From positions 118,296,001 through 118,360,000 of the forward strand of contig OX597820.1 of the NCBI GenBank assembly GCA_951406725.2: DNA of 64,000 bases. The letters are read 5' to 3'. Below, piece by piece: positions 41,091 to 56,904 of this stretch. The position numbers were made by a program, and so were the translations under genes. Position 1 is the stretch's first letter. Each line of letters opens with the position of its first letter. The stretch is from Octopus vulgaris. Taxonomy: Eukaryota. The notes below the pieces were generated by a model that was given only the letters and a program-made list of their open reading frames with translations, was not told where the DNA came from and ran no database searches.

Positions 41091-42805
41091 AATTTTCGTA
41101 TGTTTTCTTCTCTCTATATGTGTATATGCATGTTCATCATTGTTCTGCTTCACTGTGTGTGTAGATTAATGTGTAAGTATGTTGAGCAGAGCAGATTTAC
41201 TGAGTAAGAAGTGGAGAAAGTTTAATGTTTGTTTCGTGTGATCAACAGGAAAAAGTTAGGTCTGATATTTAAATAGTTTCTGATTAAACATCCATCTTAG
41301 ATTTACTGATAGCACATTCACATAAATAAACGATCAGAATGGGTCAAAAACAAAACAGAAAACATCAGAAAAAGCAAATAATTTACCTTAATTGCTAGAA
41401 AGCTTAGAGTGACATTTCATTCTATAATCTGATCCAACATGGAAGATGTAAGCAAGATCTTCACTGGTTTTGCTGATTCAATGCCATGATTAGTACAAAG
41501 AGAATATCACTGAAAAAGTCAGCAAAATGCATTTAATGTATTTTCCCCCGAAGCAATTAAATTCTAGCTAGACATATTTATTTAGTTTTTCTCTCTGTGT
41601 TTCAAATAAAATATTTAAAAACAAAATATATTAGTATGGACGTGGAACCATTTTTTATTATATTCTATTCTTCAGTTTCATATATTTTTATTATTTTATT
41701 TTAATTCCTTTTAATGATGGTAAAGTCGCTAAAAAACCAGCCCTGATTAATTATATTACTCTAAAATTCAGAGATTCATCATTCTGTGTACAAATTTTCG
41801 CAAAAGTCGATTTATTTATTTCATTAGAACCGTGAACTGGTAAAAGTAATTATAAGCAGGATATAAGGATTAAGATAATCGATTGTAATCTCTGGAACCG
41901 ACTTGAAAATTTAGTATGATTTCTGCAATGAAGGAAATAAATATGGTTCCTGTTTCGAACTCTGCCATTTACTGTAACATAGTGATCTGATCAAATTCTT
42001 TGAATTACTTGGCTGTTGCTGATTGGCAGAACTTTCTAGGCCTAGTTACAACTACAAAACTGCTATAACTGGCTCAACAATCATTTTCTATTCTCAAAAT
42101 TTTGATAGAATTGTTTGAATATCGGAGAAAATGCCTTGCAGTATTTGTTCGGCCTCTGTACGTTCTGAGTTCAAATCCCCCTGCGGTAAACTTTTCCTTT
42201 CATCTTTTGAAATCGCTAAAATACAAAACGACGCAGAAGCTATGGGTTTATTAAACGATCCGAATGAAAGGGAAGTGTATTGTGTGGAGGTTGAGAGAGT
42301 TTGAAATCATAGCTCTTGGTCAATCCCCCCACCCACCAAACAAACAATATTGTTGTCTTGTCCGACCTGAAAGTTTCAAGATTACCAGTTTCCTGTGCAA
42401 GGGGAGCAGAAGGCGATCGTATCTGGGGGTTATTCTGTTCTATCCTAAGTAATATTGCTCGTTGACAGAGATAACCGGTTGTATATACGTACATATGTAC
42501 GTAATTACATACAAACATACAAACATACACACATATACGTGTTTGTGTGTTTGGTCATAATTATAAGATCATAATGGACACAGGTTTGTGTGTCACATAG
42601 CTAGCTAGAGGCGATGGCCTCTTGGAGCTAATTAACGGCAGCATTCGGCAGGGGGGGGGGTGATCCCTGCTGTACTCTTTCACCACTCTTTCTCCCACTC
42701 TTCCTTCTGTTGGCCTGCTCGCTTAGCCAGCGGGGTGGCGTCATTCGAAGGCTAAAACAATGCGATGTGTAACAACATCTGATGGTCTGGTCGGTCACGT
42801 GATCA

Positions 42806-43356
<551 letters not shown>

Positions 43357-43357
<1 letters not shown>

Positions 43358-44647
43358 GAGGGGCGTTCAATAAGTAATGCCCCTGACCCACTTCCCATAG
43401 TAGTAGAGCAACGAAACTTGGCACAGTTATTAGTCTTTTTCTACATAGGAACCACCCAGAGTTACGCATTTCTCCCATCGTTTGATGCAGCGCTGGAGAC
43501 CGTTTTTGTAGAAGACCCCAGCTTGGTCCTCCAACCACGACGTGACTTCAGAAATCAAGGCTGCATCATCTGTGAAATGCTTTCCTTTCAAAAACAACTT
43601 CATGGCTGGGAAGAGGTGAAAATCAGAGGGTGCAAGGTCAGGAGCGTAGGGGGGATGGGGGAGGAGTTAATAGCAGCATGCCTGTGCTTCTGATCTGGCG
43701 ACACGCGAGTTGTGGACCGGAGCGTTGTCCTGCAGGAGGAGGATGCCTTTGCTGATCTTGCTCCACCTCTTGATTTTGATAGCTTCTCTTAATTTCCTCA
43801 AAAGTGAAGCATAATAGGCTCCTGTAATTGTGGAACCCTCTGCTAGGAAATCTGTCATCAATACTCCGTCCTGGTCCCAGAAGACTGTGAGCATGACCTT
43901 GACAGCGGAGGGCTGCACCCTTGCCTTCTTTGGAGGAGGTGAGTCACGGTGCTTCCACTGCATTGACTGGGCTTTGGTCTCTGAATCATAGTGATGAACC
44001 CAGGTTTCATCCTGTGTAATCAGTCTTTTGAAAAATTTTGACTCATCTTCTTGGCATATCTCCAAATTCATCCTCGAGCACTCGACGCATTCTTGCTTCT
44101 GGAAAGGTGTGAGCAACCTGGGAATCCATCTGGCAGACACCTTTTGCATATGCAAATGGTCATGAATGATAGTTTCCACAGACCCGGTACTAATCTTGAC
44201 CTCATGGGCTATTTGGCGAATAGTTATGCATCAATCTTCCAAAATGGCAGCCTCAACTTGACGGACAGATGCCTCATCAATGGAAGAAGGGGGTGACCAG
44301 ATCTGGGAGCTGTTTCCACAGAGTTCCGACCATGTTTGAATTCACGATGCCAGCGTTTTACAAGGTCATATGATGGGGCATCATCACCATAAGTTACTTT
44401 CATTTCATCAAAAGTCTCCTGTGGTGTGCGTCCTTTCAAATACAAAAACTGGATCACTGCTCGACACTCAACAGGCTCCATTTCACACTTGACTCAGTTC
44501 AAACACCTGTAAATCAGAAACCACAATTAACTCAGAGCTGTAATTTGCCACTTAATCTATAGAGATATAAATAATTGCACATGCAAAATTCCAGCTAGAT
44601 CAAACAACTGCAAGTGGGTCAGAGGCATTACTTATTGAAAGTCCCTC

Positions 44648-44648
<1 letters not shown>
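43357..44648 (-). mobile_element. Full-length mariner (irritans/Himar1-like), transposase disrupted
   Basis: ~36-bp TIRs CGAGGGGCGTTCAATAAGTAATGCC..; TA flanks; WIPRLL, TQDETWVHHY, LQDNAPVH, YAPDLAPSDFHLF; frameshift and stop. Confidence 0.95.
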
Positions 44649-44704
<56 letters not shown>

Positions 44705-45701
44705 TAGATAGATAGATATATACAAACACAGATGCCGGCATCTGATTGGTTAAATGAATTATCTCCTATTTATGAAACCAGCGATCACGGCCGTTTCAGC
44801 TACCAGCTACGCCAATTATACAAACAACCAACTTTGCACAAGTTCACACACACACACAAACATACATGCGCAAACACGCGAACACACACGTTTACGCACA
44901 AATGTACACACACTAACACACACACATTCCTTTAGTTCCTTTGGTGTCCGCGCTGGTGCAGGCATACAACATAATCATTGATAATATGCATCTATATATA
45001 TATGTATAATATGTATATATATGTATACTATGTATGCAAAATATATAATATGTATGTGTATATAATGTATAATATGTATGTATATAATGTCTATACGCAT
45101 AAATAAATGATACGAATGTGATATATGTATATAATACATACGAATGCATATAATATCTTCATTCTTTTGTTGTCTGTTTCCAATTTATATGTTAGAGTTT
45201 CCCATCATGAAATATAAATTTACTGTTCTGTTTTTCGCAACTCTATACCAAAAATGTGAATGTTCCTGCTACAATGAATTATGAATCATAGAAGACAATG
45301 AATGGTTTTTTTTATTGATATTTTGATCTATTGATAGTTATTGATACTTTGAAATCTGCCTGAGGAGATGCAATGAGAACAGAATAAAACAGCTTAAAAG
45401 GGAAGGAAAAAATGGCTGCGAAGCTCCAGTAACCTATAACACTCTCCTATAATTGTCTATAAATATACGCAGTCTTCTTCAGTCTATACATACGATTTTA
45501 TACACATGCTCAAGCACATACCCAGCCACTTTACTATAGAGACTAAGATGAGAGCCAGCGTTTCCACGAAGCGAGCTTGATGATTGCTGAGAGATTTCTC
45601 CCGACAAGAAAACGTTGGGAGTCTTTTTAACCCACAAATAAAGAATATTCATCCACCAATGTCATGTTGAGCACTCATTCCCACTGTTTTGATATTAGTA
45701 A

Positions 45702-45874
<173 letters not shown>

Positions 45875-46351
45875 CTTTTACTCTTTTACTTGTTTCAGTC
45901 ATTTGACTGCGGCCATAAACAGAGAGTAAAATAATATAATTGATATGAATGGTATATTTATGGCAAATATGCAAATGAGGAAGTTGTTATATTTAATTTT
46001 ACTGTAATTTGATAAATGTTTTATATTTTGAAAATCTCGAGAATTTATTTCGTTATTTTCCATCAAGGTCACGATTTTTTTTTTAAAAACTAAAACTAAT
46101 ATTGATTTCTAATTTTGGCACAAGGCCGGCATTTTCGGGGTAGGGAGATGATAAGTCGATTATATCGACCCCTGTTTTCAACGGGCACCTATTTTATTGA
46201 CCACGAAAGGATGAAAGGTATTGCCGCTAAGCATTTCGCCCGACGTGTTAACGATTCTTTTCTACTCTAGGCGCTCTGGGGTCGATTTGCTCGAGTAAAG
46301 GCGGTGCTCCAGCATGGCTGCAGTCAAATGACTGAAACAAGTAAAAGAGTA

Positions 46352-46407
<56 letters not shown>

Positions 46408-46871
46408 ATTACCGAATACATATATTATTGTGCTGCGTTTGAGGTTGTGCTTCTGTGTATGTATGCGCGTGCGTGAGTGTAGGTGTGAATGAAGGGGAGA
46501 GAAGGTGAGAGAAGGTGAGAGACAGAAAGAAGGAGAGAGTGAAAAATAATTATACATTAAAATGGAAATATAATTTGCACCACGAGACATGAAACTATAA
46601 ATTAAAACAAGATTTTGCTGCTTAGAATTACATAAACCTACAAGTTATTATAGTCTGGAAAACAAGGTGAATTTTACTGGTTAATGAAATTATTCCAATA
46701 TTAAACAAAATATCTGACGTGATTCAGTTAACTGTGAGTATTTACATTTCAGAAACATACAACACACAACGTAATGCATAAGTACATACATACGCATATA
46801 TATGCACGCCGATACACATATACATGAACAAATATATACATATGTACATATATATGTAAGGTATGTATATA

Positions 46872-47384
46872 TCTATATATATAAAACTGTAGTTGTGTGA
46901 GTGTCTGTCTCCTACGATTTAGATTACTAACTCCTCCCACATTTTGCGGTGCAGTTTAACCAAATTCGGGTATCTTATAGTCGTGATTAATATCAATCCC
47001 GTCTGGCTATTAGCGCGCGTCTACGATGAGTCTACGATTTTAAAAATAATTTAACATCATTTTTTATTCCATTTTAATGCATAATTTTTCGTGTGTCGAT
47101 GGCGGCGGAGTTGGCGTCCACGCTCAAACACCTGCACCTGTGTTTGCTTCACCCCCTTCTTCCCTCCCTAGTGAAGTTGTGGGGAAGGGAATTTAAGGAA
47201 ATCAACGTCGTAATGCGTTGTCAGGAGACCAGCGTTCTTTTAGAACGACTTCATGGCTTGAAGACACCAAAACAGAAATGGCTAAGAAAGTCCGAATTGG
47301 CATCTATAAAGGAAGTAACTCTCTAAAATTGCTTATATAGTTATTTCCCTTACAAACCCGAGCAACGCCGGGCGATACTGCTAG
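46872..47384 (+). mobile_element. Non-autonomous Helitron
   Basis: A|TC .. CCCGAGCAACGCCGGG .. CTAG|T. Confidence 0.9.
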
Positions 47385-47451
47385 TATATAATATATTTGT
47401 TTGTTTGTACTCCACCTGCCTTCGTCTTTTGTTTATTTTCATAAACCTTCC

Positions 47452-47491
<40 letters not shown>

Positions 47492-47510
47492 GTATATATG
47501 TATATATATG

Positions 47511-47693
47511 TTCGCCATGATAGATCGCTAGCCACTACACATTCTTTATTTTCTCTCCTTGTTCCTTTCTGTGGAAGAGCGTAGGCTCGAAACGTTAAAG
47601 ACTTTTTTACTTCCCGAGCGTTAAACTAATACATCTGTTTGTCGTCTACACCACATGTCCTCGTCTTTTGTTTCTTTGTGAATTATCTCCCCC
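47511..47693 (+). mobile_element. HHR-bearing short element, CUGUNGA family (core CTGTGGA, motif 47565-47600)
   Basis: CTTT-CTGTGGA-A-GAGC(GTAG)GCTC-GAAA-CG-TT-AAAG; another 3' tip of the family at 47395-47453. Confidence 0.75.
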
Positions 47694-48340
47694 TATGTAT
47701 ATGTGTGTGTGTGTGTGTGTACGCGTGCCTCTGTGTGTGTATGTGTGTGTGTATGTGTGTGTGTGTGCGTGTGTGTGCGTGTGTGTGTGTGTATTGTGTG
47801 TGTCTATATAGACATATTCAGATTTGTATATTTAATCGTCCGGACCATATCGTTGTTCTCATTCATATCTTAATGCGCGATATTTGATTCATTACCCTCA
47901 CGTTATTGAAACGATTGTAACGAATGAATTAAATGTGATGCCAGTAACTCCATTCTTCACTTATTATATAAGCGAACAAGCACAAACACACACACACGCA
48001 CAGACACAATACACACATATATATTCTAATAATTGGGATTCGAAGAATCAAACATATTTCGTACTAAGCTGCCCTGTCGAGTGTATCAATAACAAAAATG
48101 GCTGAGGTTTGGGATGGGATAAACCTTTGCATCGTTCTGAAAACCAAGTGATACACAATGATGGAAAGGATGAATCTAAATGCAGCAGATAAGTGAGCTA
48201 AGAGACCAGATGTTTCTATTACATTCGTTTACAGCTGTTTCATAACCTTTTTTGTTACATAATGGATATCACATCAATATTTACAGGCATATGAATACAC
48301 ATACATACATAGATATGTGTGTGTGTGTGTGTGTATGATA

Positions 48341-48736
48341 TCTTTATATATAAAAGTGAGGTTGTGTGCTGTCTGTCTCCTACGATTTAGATTCCTAACT
48401 ACTCCCACATTTTGCGGTGCAGTTTAACCAAAACCGGGTACCTTATAGTCGTGATTCATATCGAGCCCTTCTGGGCATTAGCGCACGTCTACGAAGAGTC
48501 TACGATTTAAAAAAAAAATTTACCATCAATTTTTCCCATTTTTAATGCATTTTTGGCATATATAAGGGATGTAACTCTCTAAAAATTTATTATTAAATCT
48601 CAGAACGTAAAAAGCTACAGTAGCACCCCCCCCTTTGTGGTTAGCCATATTGAGATGGCTATTATACTTTACATCTCTAAAAATGCTTATATAGTTATTA
48701 CCTTACAAACCCGAGCAACGCCGGGCGATACTGATA

Positions 48737-48737
<1 letters not shown>
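48341..48737 (+). mobile_element. Non-autonomous Helitron variant
   Basis: Same ends as 46872-47384 (CTAG mutated to ATAG), different interior. Confidence 0.85.
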
Positions 48738-48804
<67 letters not shown>

Positions 48805-49566
48805 ATGCAAATGTAAAACCACATACGATACAAAGGTGCAGAGAAGGAAATCAGAACGAATCATTGTAGTCGAAACATCAACTCTGTTGTAGAGAGCAAG
48901 CTGACCCTATATATATCAACAGGCGATAGATGTATTCAACATGCCGTCATTTATGATTTATTTTAAGGTAGCAATGGCCATAGATGACTACAAATTCAGT
49001 CAAAGAATCAGTAGATAAATACAAGGAAATTCAAAAACTGAAATGATCAGAAAAATATTCGGAATTGAATAGGTTTATTAAAGAAATTGGCTTAGAAGGA
49101 AAGATGGAAATATATACAAAAGAAAGTCTCAACATTCTAGTTTTAATTTAGATGAATAACAGAATAAATATTCTGTTGTGTCTGGGGAGAGTCGTTTTCT
49201 TTTTGTGCCTTATAATGTAACACAATCACCGGTGAAATTTCCACTTATTTCTTACTTCCTCTTATTTCTTTCAGTTTCCGTCTACCAAATCAGTTCACAA
49301 GGCTTTGGTCGGCCCAGACACAACAGAATATGTTTCAATACACGAACTCATATAAAGAATCTTGCAAACCAAATCCAAAAATGAAACAGAATATATAAAT
49401 AAATGAATAGTGAATAAGGCATGTGGTCAGTGAGGAGAGAGGGATATAAATGAAGAAGAAAATAAAACTTAGAATCAAAAGACTGTTCAGAGACAGAAAT
49501 AAGGGGCAAAGGTGTTGGAATTTCACGCATTCCTATTTCGAGGGATGGCAGAGGTTTCTCAAGAAT

Positions 49567-49949
49567 GGAAGCACTCCGTCGGTTACGACGACAAGGGTTC
49601 CGGTTGATCCGATCAACGGAACAGCCTGCTCGTGAAATTAACGTGCAAGTGGCTGAGCACTCCACAGACACGTGTACCCTTAACGTAGTTCTCGGGGATA
49701 TTCAGCATGACACTGAGAGTGACAAGGCCGGCCCTTTGAAATACAGGTACAACAGAAACAGGAAGTAAGAGTGAGAGAAAGTTGTGGTGAAAGAGTACAG
49801 CAGGGATCACCACCATCCCCTGCCGGAGCCTCGTGGAGCTTTAGGTGTTTTCGCTCAATAAACACTCACAACGCCCGGTCTGGGAATCGAAACCGCGATC
49901 CTACGACCGCGAGTCCGCTGCCCTAACCACTGGGCCATGGCGCCTCCAC
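49567..49949 (-). mobile_element. SINE family C, full length
   Basis: 12-bp TSD TTTCTCAAGAAT; near-identical to 20812-21201. Confidence 0.92.
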
Positions 49950-50125
49950 TTTCTCAAGAATATTGATGTGGTATCAGCGTTACGTACATATTCCCATTAC
50001 GTGAATAACCGCAAGAACAGTTGTGCGGACGTTCTTTCATTCCTATGTGAGTGTTAGCAAATACATTTATGTACATATACACGCACACGTGCGTTTGCGC
50101 GCGTGCATACACGTATACCATACAT

Positions 50126-50191
<66 letters not shown>

Positions 50192-50204
50192 GCACACATA
50201 TTGT

Positions 50205-50571
50205 GGCACTCCGTCGGTTGCGACGACGAGGGTTCCAGTTGTTCCGATCAACAGAACAGCCTGCACGTGAAATTAATGTGCAAGTGGCTGAGCACTCCAC
50301 AGACACGCGTGCCCTTAACGTAGTTCTCGGGGAGATTCAGCGGGACACAGAGTGTGACAAGGCTGGCCCCTTTGAAATACAGGTACAGGGAAGAAAGAAT
50401 GAAATTTGTGGTGAAAGAGTACAGCAGGGTTCACCACTACCTCCTGCCGAAACTGCGTGGAGCTTTAAGTGTTTTCGCTCAATAAACACTCACAACGCCC
50501 GGTCTGGGAATCGAAACCGCGATCCTATGACCGCGAGTCCGCTGCCCTAACCACTGGGCCATTGCAACTCC
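50205..50571 (-). mobile_element. SINE family C
   Basis: Homologous to 49567-49949. Confidence 0.9.
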
Positions 50572-51296
50572 ATACACACAGACATATAATATCGCACAAA
50601 GCACAAATTTCGAAGTAGTGATATAATAGTAGAAGATTAATAATTAGTTAATTAACTAAAGCGGATTATAATCACATTCAGTTGTTTGAATGCTTTATGA
50701 CTTGTTACCCACAAAAAGTAATTAGGGGGTGGGGTGGGGCGATATTCAGGCATTTATAGCAATTCAGCCTTAGACTACAGCATTAATGATTATACAAGTT
50801 CAGATATTTTCACTATATTAACGATAGCTTAAGTTGTAAATGGAAACAATGCGCTTATAGACTATGAAAGAGTAATATAAAATATGGATTCACAGACTCA
50901 TGCAGCTATCACAATAAGCTCCTCATTCGGCATCGGCTATCAGTCTACGTCGCAATACTTTGCAATATAGTGTAATTTAATGTGTCCATGTAACTGAAAA
51001 TCCAGAAAACCTGAACAAAAACATTTTCAGCGAGGAGTATATAAACCATAAAGTCAGGAGGTGTGAGAGGCGAAGATAAATTTATTTTTCCATATAATTT
51101 CTATGTGATTACGGCCGTTTCGTAACCATTTTCATGTAGAAATTTCAGTATAAAAACAATTATGCGTACAATTTTGCATCAATAAGCTCAGCATTATACA
51201 ATAGTAAACATCGAGAATGATGTTTTGTTGTCCCCTTTTTTGTATCACCAAACTGTCTGGATGTTTTGCGTTCTTGTCCCATTTTTGTATTTTACA

Positions 51297-51350
<54 letters not shown>

Positions 51351-51431
51351 AATATACATATATATACATACATATATACATACATACATATATATATATA
51401 TGTGTATATATATATATGTATATGTATATGC

Positions 51432-51468
<37 letters not shown>

Positions 51469-51791
51469 AAAGTTGGCTTCGTAATTATGACGTTCCGATT
51501 TCGATTCCGCTGCATGTACCTTGAGCAAGTGTTACTTACTAAAGCCTGGTATCGACTCATAAATTCTGAGTGAAATTAAGTAGACAGAATTAGTGTAGGA
51601 GTTGGTCAGATGTATTGACCTGCATTTGAAGATGCAGATTTGTGTCACAGTGTCACGCTAATTTCGACTCAGAATTATATTAAGTTTATACGTACCTGGA
51701 ATACTCGTCCACCTACACGCGAATTCAAGCAGCCTTGTTGAAAGCTGAGAGAACATTTGAAAACTAATGGCTGGAAATTTTCACCGAGGCC

Positions 51792-51855
<64 letters not shown>

Positions 51856-51952
51856 AAATCATATAAATAACGCGAGTAAAATTTGAGGCGAAGAGAAAGT
51901 AAATCAACGCGAGAAGTTATGCGAAGGAAAACAAAAAGCGTTAAAATATGTT

Positions 51953-52176
51953 TCTTTATTACTCACAAGGGGCTAAATCTAGATGGGAGAAACAAGGACA
52001 GACAAACGAATTAAGTCGATTATATCGACCCCAGTGCGTAACTGGTACTTAATTTATCGACCCCGAAAGGATGAAAGGCAAAGTCGACTTCGGCGGAATT
52101 TGAACTCAGAACGTAACGGCTGACGAAATACGGCTAAGCATTTCGCCCGGCGTGCTAACGGTTCTGCAAGCTCGCC
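51953..52176 (-). mobile_element. SINE family B
   Basis: Reverse complement of 62422-62651. Confidence 0.9.
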
Positions 52177-52635
52177 GAAAATATAAGGCATAAAACAACA
52201 ATGTTGTGTTGAATTAACGCTAAGAAAAGAATCTGGCACAAAGACACAGACCTGGTTCTAAATTTGGGTAGAAGTCCAAGTGGTTTCAGAGAAGGGGCTT
52301 ACATTGACCCCCAGTGCTCAAATGGGGTTAATGTGATCCTCTTCTCTGACACGGCTTGGCCTTGTAGCAAAAGGATGAAAATGAAAGTCCATCTTAGTGA
52401 CATCTGAACTCAGAACGTAAAGACGGACGAAATACCGCTCACCACTTAGTTCGGCGTGCCAGCTCAACGCCTCTGTACACGTAGTAATGTCAAAATATTA
52501 ATGTATCTTAAAGAAAGCGCTGAATTTCATGTTAAACTACCCTCGTCAGTGGAGAGAAAGATTTGTGTATTGACTGCAATGCTTGAAATATATGTTTGGG
52601 CAACTACGCTATATTATTAATAGTGAGATGTATCA

Positions 52636-53043
52636 TCACTATATATATAAACGGCAGTTTGTCTGTCTGTGTGTCTGTGTGGCTGTCAGGTTGTACCCTC
52701 ACCCTGACCACGGCTTTCAACCGATTCTGATGAAACTTGACACACACATAGCCCAATGTCATAATTCAAAACTAACGCAGCGAAAATTTTGAAAAGTTCT
52801 CCCAGTTCTGAAAAAAATCGATAAATTCGACATGGGGTCGATAATCTAAGCTTTTTATATGGAACACATTTCCTGTCGGGAGACAGCTAGGAACATCGTA
52901 TACATAGAAGTATTCGAGTGAAGAGAAGACATTGCAACCTACACATGCGCCTTCGTTCCCTAGAGGGAAAGAACGAGATTGAGATTAGTAGTTGCCTACT
53001 AGGGGCTCTTACATACCCGGGCAACCCCGGGCTATGCTGCTAG
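52636..53043 (+). mobile_element. Non-autonomous Helitron, second family
   Basis: A|TCACTATATATATAAA start, CCCGGGCAACCCCGGG hairpin, CTAG|T end. Confidence 0.75.
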
Positions 53044-53560
53044 TACTTAATAAGCGTTAGAGCGTCGAATAAAATATCATGCGCGGTTAATGACCTGGCT
53101 CTTCACGCCCTAAGTTCAAATCATGCCGAGGTCTACTTTGTTTTTCATCCTGTTGATGATGAAATAAAGTAGCAATCAAGTACTGGGGTTGATACAATCG
53201 ACTAAGGGCCCACTTCTCAAATTTACCGTCCCTGTGGCCATTGTCTCTTGGTGAGGGATTCTTACAGGCAACAGGCACCTAACTTATTTGTTTTCATTGT
53301 TGTATCGGTGTTCGAAGACACATAGCTATTTTGAGTTACATCCTTGTGAGTAGATTAGATTCTATTTTACCATCTTTACGCCTACATTACAGTAACGATC
53401 CCGTTGTAAATGTTAGTCGCTGGCGTGGTTGCATGGTAAGAAATTTGCTTCCCAACCACATGGTTCTGGGTTGAGTCTCACTGCGTGGTTTAGGAAAAAT
53501 ATATTTGGGCCTACCAAAGCCTTCTAAGTGAATTTGATAAACGGAAACTGAAAGAAGCCT

Positions 53561-53787
53561 GCGAGCTGGCAGAAACGTTAGCACGCCGGGTAAAATGCTT
53601 TGCGGTATTTCGTCTGCCGTTACGTTCTGAGTTCAAAGCCCGCCGAGGTCGACTTTGCCTTTCATCCTTTCGAGGTCGATAAATTAAGTACCAGTTACGC
53701 ACTGGGGTCGGTGTAATCGACTTCATCCCTTTGTCTGTCCTTGTTTGTCTCCTCTATATTTGGTCCCTTGTGGGCAGTAAGGAAATA
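53561..53787 (+). mobile_element. SINE family B nested in a family A SINE (~53420-54030)
   Basis: 18-bp duplication GGAAACTGAAAGAAGCCT on both sides. Confidence 0.9.
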
Positions 53788-54122
53788 GGAAACTGAAAGA
53801 AGCCTATCGTGTGTGTGTGTTTCTATCATTGTTTTTGTCCCCACCCACTGCTTGACAACTGGCGTAGGTATGCCTACGCCCCAGTAACCCAGCGGTTCGG
53901 CAAAAGATTCCGACAGAATAAGATCCAAGGCTATAAAAGAAATAAGTATCGTAGTGGATTCATTCGACTAAAAATGCTTCGAGGTGGTGCCCCAGAATGG
54001 CAGCAGTCTAATGACCGAAACAAGTGAAAGATAGAGGAGAAAAGATTAGATTAAGCCGCGCTGCAGGACAAAACCAGTTCCTGTCATAAAGACCGATAAA
54101 CATTGTTTAGAGTTAATGATTT

Positions 54123-54510
54123 GTGGCTGTGTGGTAAGTAGCTTGCTTACCAGCCACATGGTTTTGGGTTCAGGCCCACAACGTGACATCTTGGGCAAGT
54201 GTCTTCTGCTATAGCCTCGGGCCGACCAAAGCCTTGTGAGTGGATTTGGTAGATGGAAACTGAAAGAAGCCCGTCGTATATATGTATACATGTATGTATG
54301 TATATGTTTTTGTGTCTGTGTTTGTCCCACCAACATCGCTTGACAACCGATGGTGGTATGTTTACGTCCCCGAAACTTATCGGTTCGGCAAAACAGACCG
54401 ACAGAATAAGTACTAGGCTTACAAAGAATAAGTCCTGGGGTCGATTTCTTCGACTAAATGCGAAGCTCCAGCATGGCCAGAGTCAAATGACTGAAACGAG
54501 TAAAAGAGTA
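54123..54510 (+). mobile_element. SINE family A
   Basis: Matches 11932-12341. Confidence 0.88.
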
Positions 54511-54847
54511 AGAGATAATAACGTAGAAGAACGTGATGTGGGGGACGGGCATACGGTGAAATAATTGTGGGAGAGAGAGAAGAATCTCTAAAGATCATAG
54601 CCATTGCAGGAGATGATGTGAATAGGAAACATTGCGGCTGCTTGTGTTATTTTCTGTTTTCTGGTTTCTGTTTACGATCCGTTTAAGAGTATGTTTGGGT
54701 ATTATTAAGCAAACATCAATAAGAGAAGCAATGCGTATGAGGTGGACTGCGACGTTATGGCAAATCAGTATTTAACGCTTTAGTTTTTAGCATTCGTACA
54801 TTTTTCTAGCATGCAGTGATAAGAGCAAGATAGATAGATACACACAA

Positions 54848-55086
<239 letters not shown>

Positions 55087-55155
55087 CTGTCTTCGTCTTT
55101 TGTTTTTTTGGTAAACTCTCCCTAGATATATAAATATATATATGTATGTATATCT

Positions 55156-55204
<49 letters not shown>

Positions 55205-55664
55205 GAGAGAGAGAGAAAAAGAGAGATATGGTATATGATTAGTATGTATTGTAAAGGAAGTATATTATTGGTACACGTTTTATCGATGCAGGAAAAAGAT
55301 GAAAGAATCGAATGTCGATCCCAGACCGATTGGATTTGAATTTCGATGAATGAAAGAAGAAGTGAAATGATTTATCGATTCTTTTTAGTCCGGCTCGCCA
55401 GTGACCCGGCTACTTTGAACACTTTTACAACAAAAGATTTTCATCTATTAAAAACAAAAACAATAACAAGAACAAAACAAAAAAAAACGATGGATAAAAG
55501 AGAAAACAAGAGAGAAACCGAATTACATCACAGTTCCATTGTTGTTGTCGAAATCAAATTATCAATGTCTGCTTAGAAGCGTGGTTATATTATGGCGAAT
55601 GTGCATATATTACAGAGTTATAGCGTGAAGACATGTCATAGCTAATAGCGTACGCGCTTATGTA

Positions 55665-55729
<65 letters not shown>

Positions 55730-55875
55730 CCATATGTATATACGTGTGTGTGAGAGTATTTGAGGATTTATATACACAACGAGAAAGAGAAAGATACATG
55801 TGCACGCTAACATATACATACATTCATACGCACACATACACACGCATATATATATATATATATTATATATACATG

Positions 55876-55917
<42 letters not shown>

Positions 55918-56017
55918 CATACATGTGCATATATATGCATAAGTTTTAATATAGACATACATACGTGCATATATATATGCCTATATGTATATATATATAT
56001 ATATATATTTATGTATG

Positions 56018-56110
<93 letters not shown>

Positions 56111-56904
56111 ATATGTATATATATATATATATTTTTGTATATACTCACATATATATATATATATATCTTTTGTATATGTATATGTAGAATCTGGCATAGG
56201 CACACACACACACACACACACACATACGCTCACACACACACAAACATATATTTAGGCATGTGTGTATGTGCGTGTGTGTGTTTCCGTATTTGTATGCGTC
56301 ACTAGAGAGAGAGACAGAGGGAGAGGGGGAGAGTGTGTGTGTGTGTGTGTGAGAGCAAAGAGATGGAAACGATAAACACCCAACCCCGTTCCTGTCTCCT
56401 GCCAATGTTTAACATTCGAATTCTACATCGTCTTTCATCGATGACTTCATTGATCAAGGCTTTACCTATTTCCGTCGACAACTTTTGATTGATTGACTTC
56501 TCACTCTCTGTTTTTCTTTTATGTTTTATGGAAAAAGGATCGATGTCAGATCAGAAAAAAAGTACAAAAAAAAAAACAAAAACAACAACAATTCTGACAA
56601 TAGAAGAATAGCAAAAAATACAACAACAACAACAACAACAATAATAAAAATAATAACAATAATAATAACAAGAACAACAACGACGACGACGATGACGTCG
56701 ACGTCGACACCAGAAATAACAGCAATGATACATAAAAAATGCACGTGTAGATGTGTGAAGCAACGTATAAGATGGAACAGTTGCGGTGCTTCCGTATATG
56801 GCAAGTGGAGGGCGGAGGTGGGGCAGATGAAGAGGGGGGGAGTAAGAGTGGAAGGATGAGGGACACATAAACAAAAAGACACAAATACTCTCACACGCAC
56901 ACAC

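Noticed and set aside
51095-51135. Minus-strand GAAACGGCCGTA, like the 3' half of a hammerhead (similar at ~44785)
   Set aside because: No CTGANGA or stem I partner found upstream
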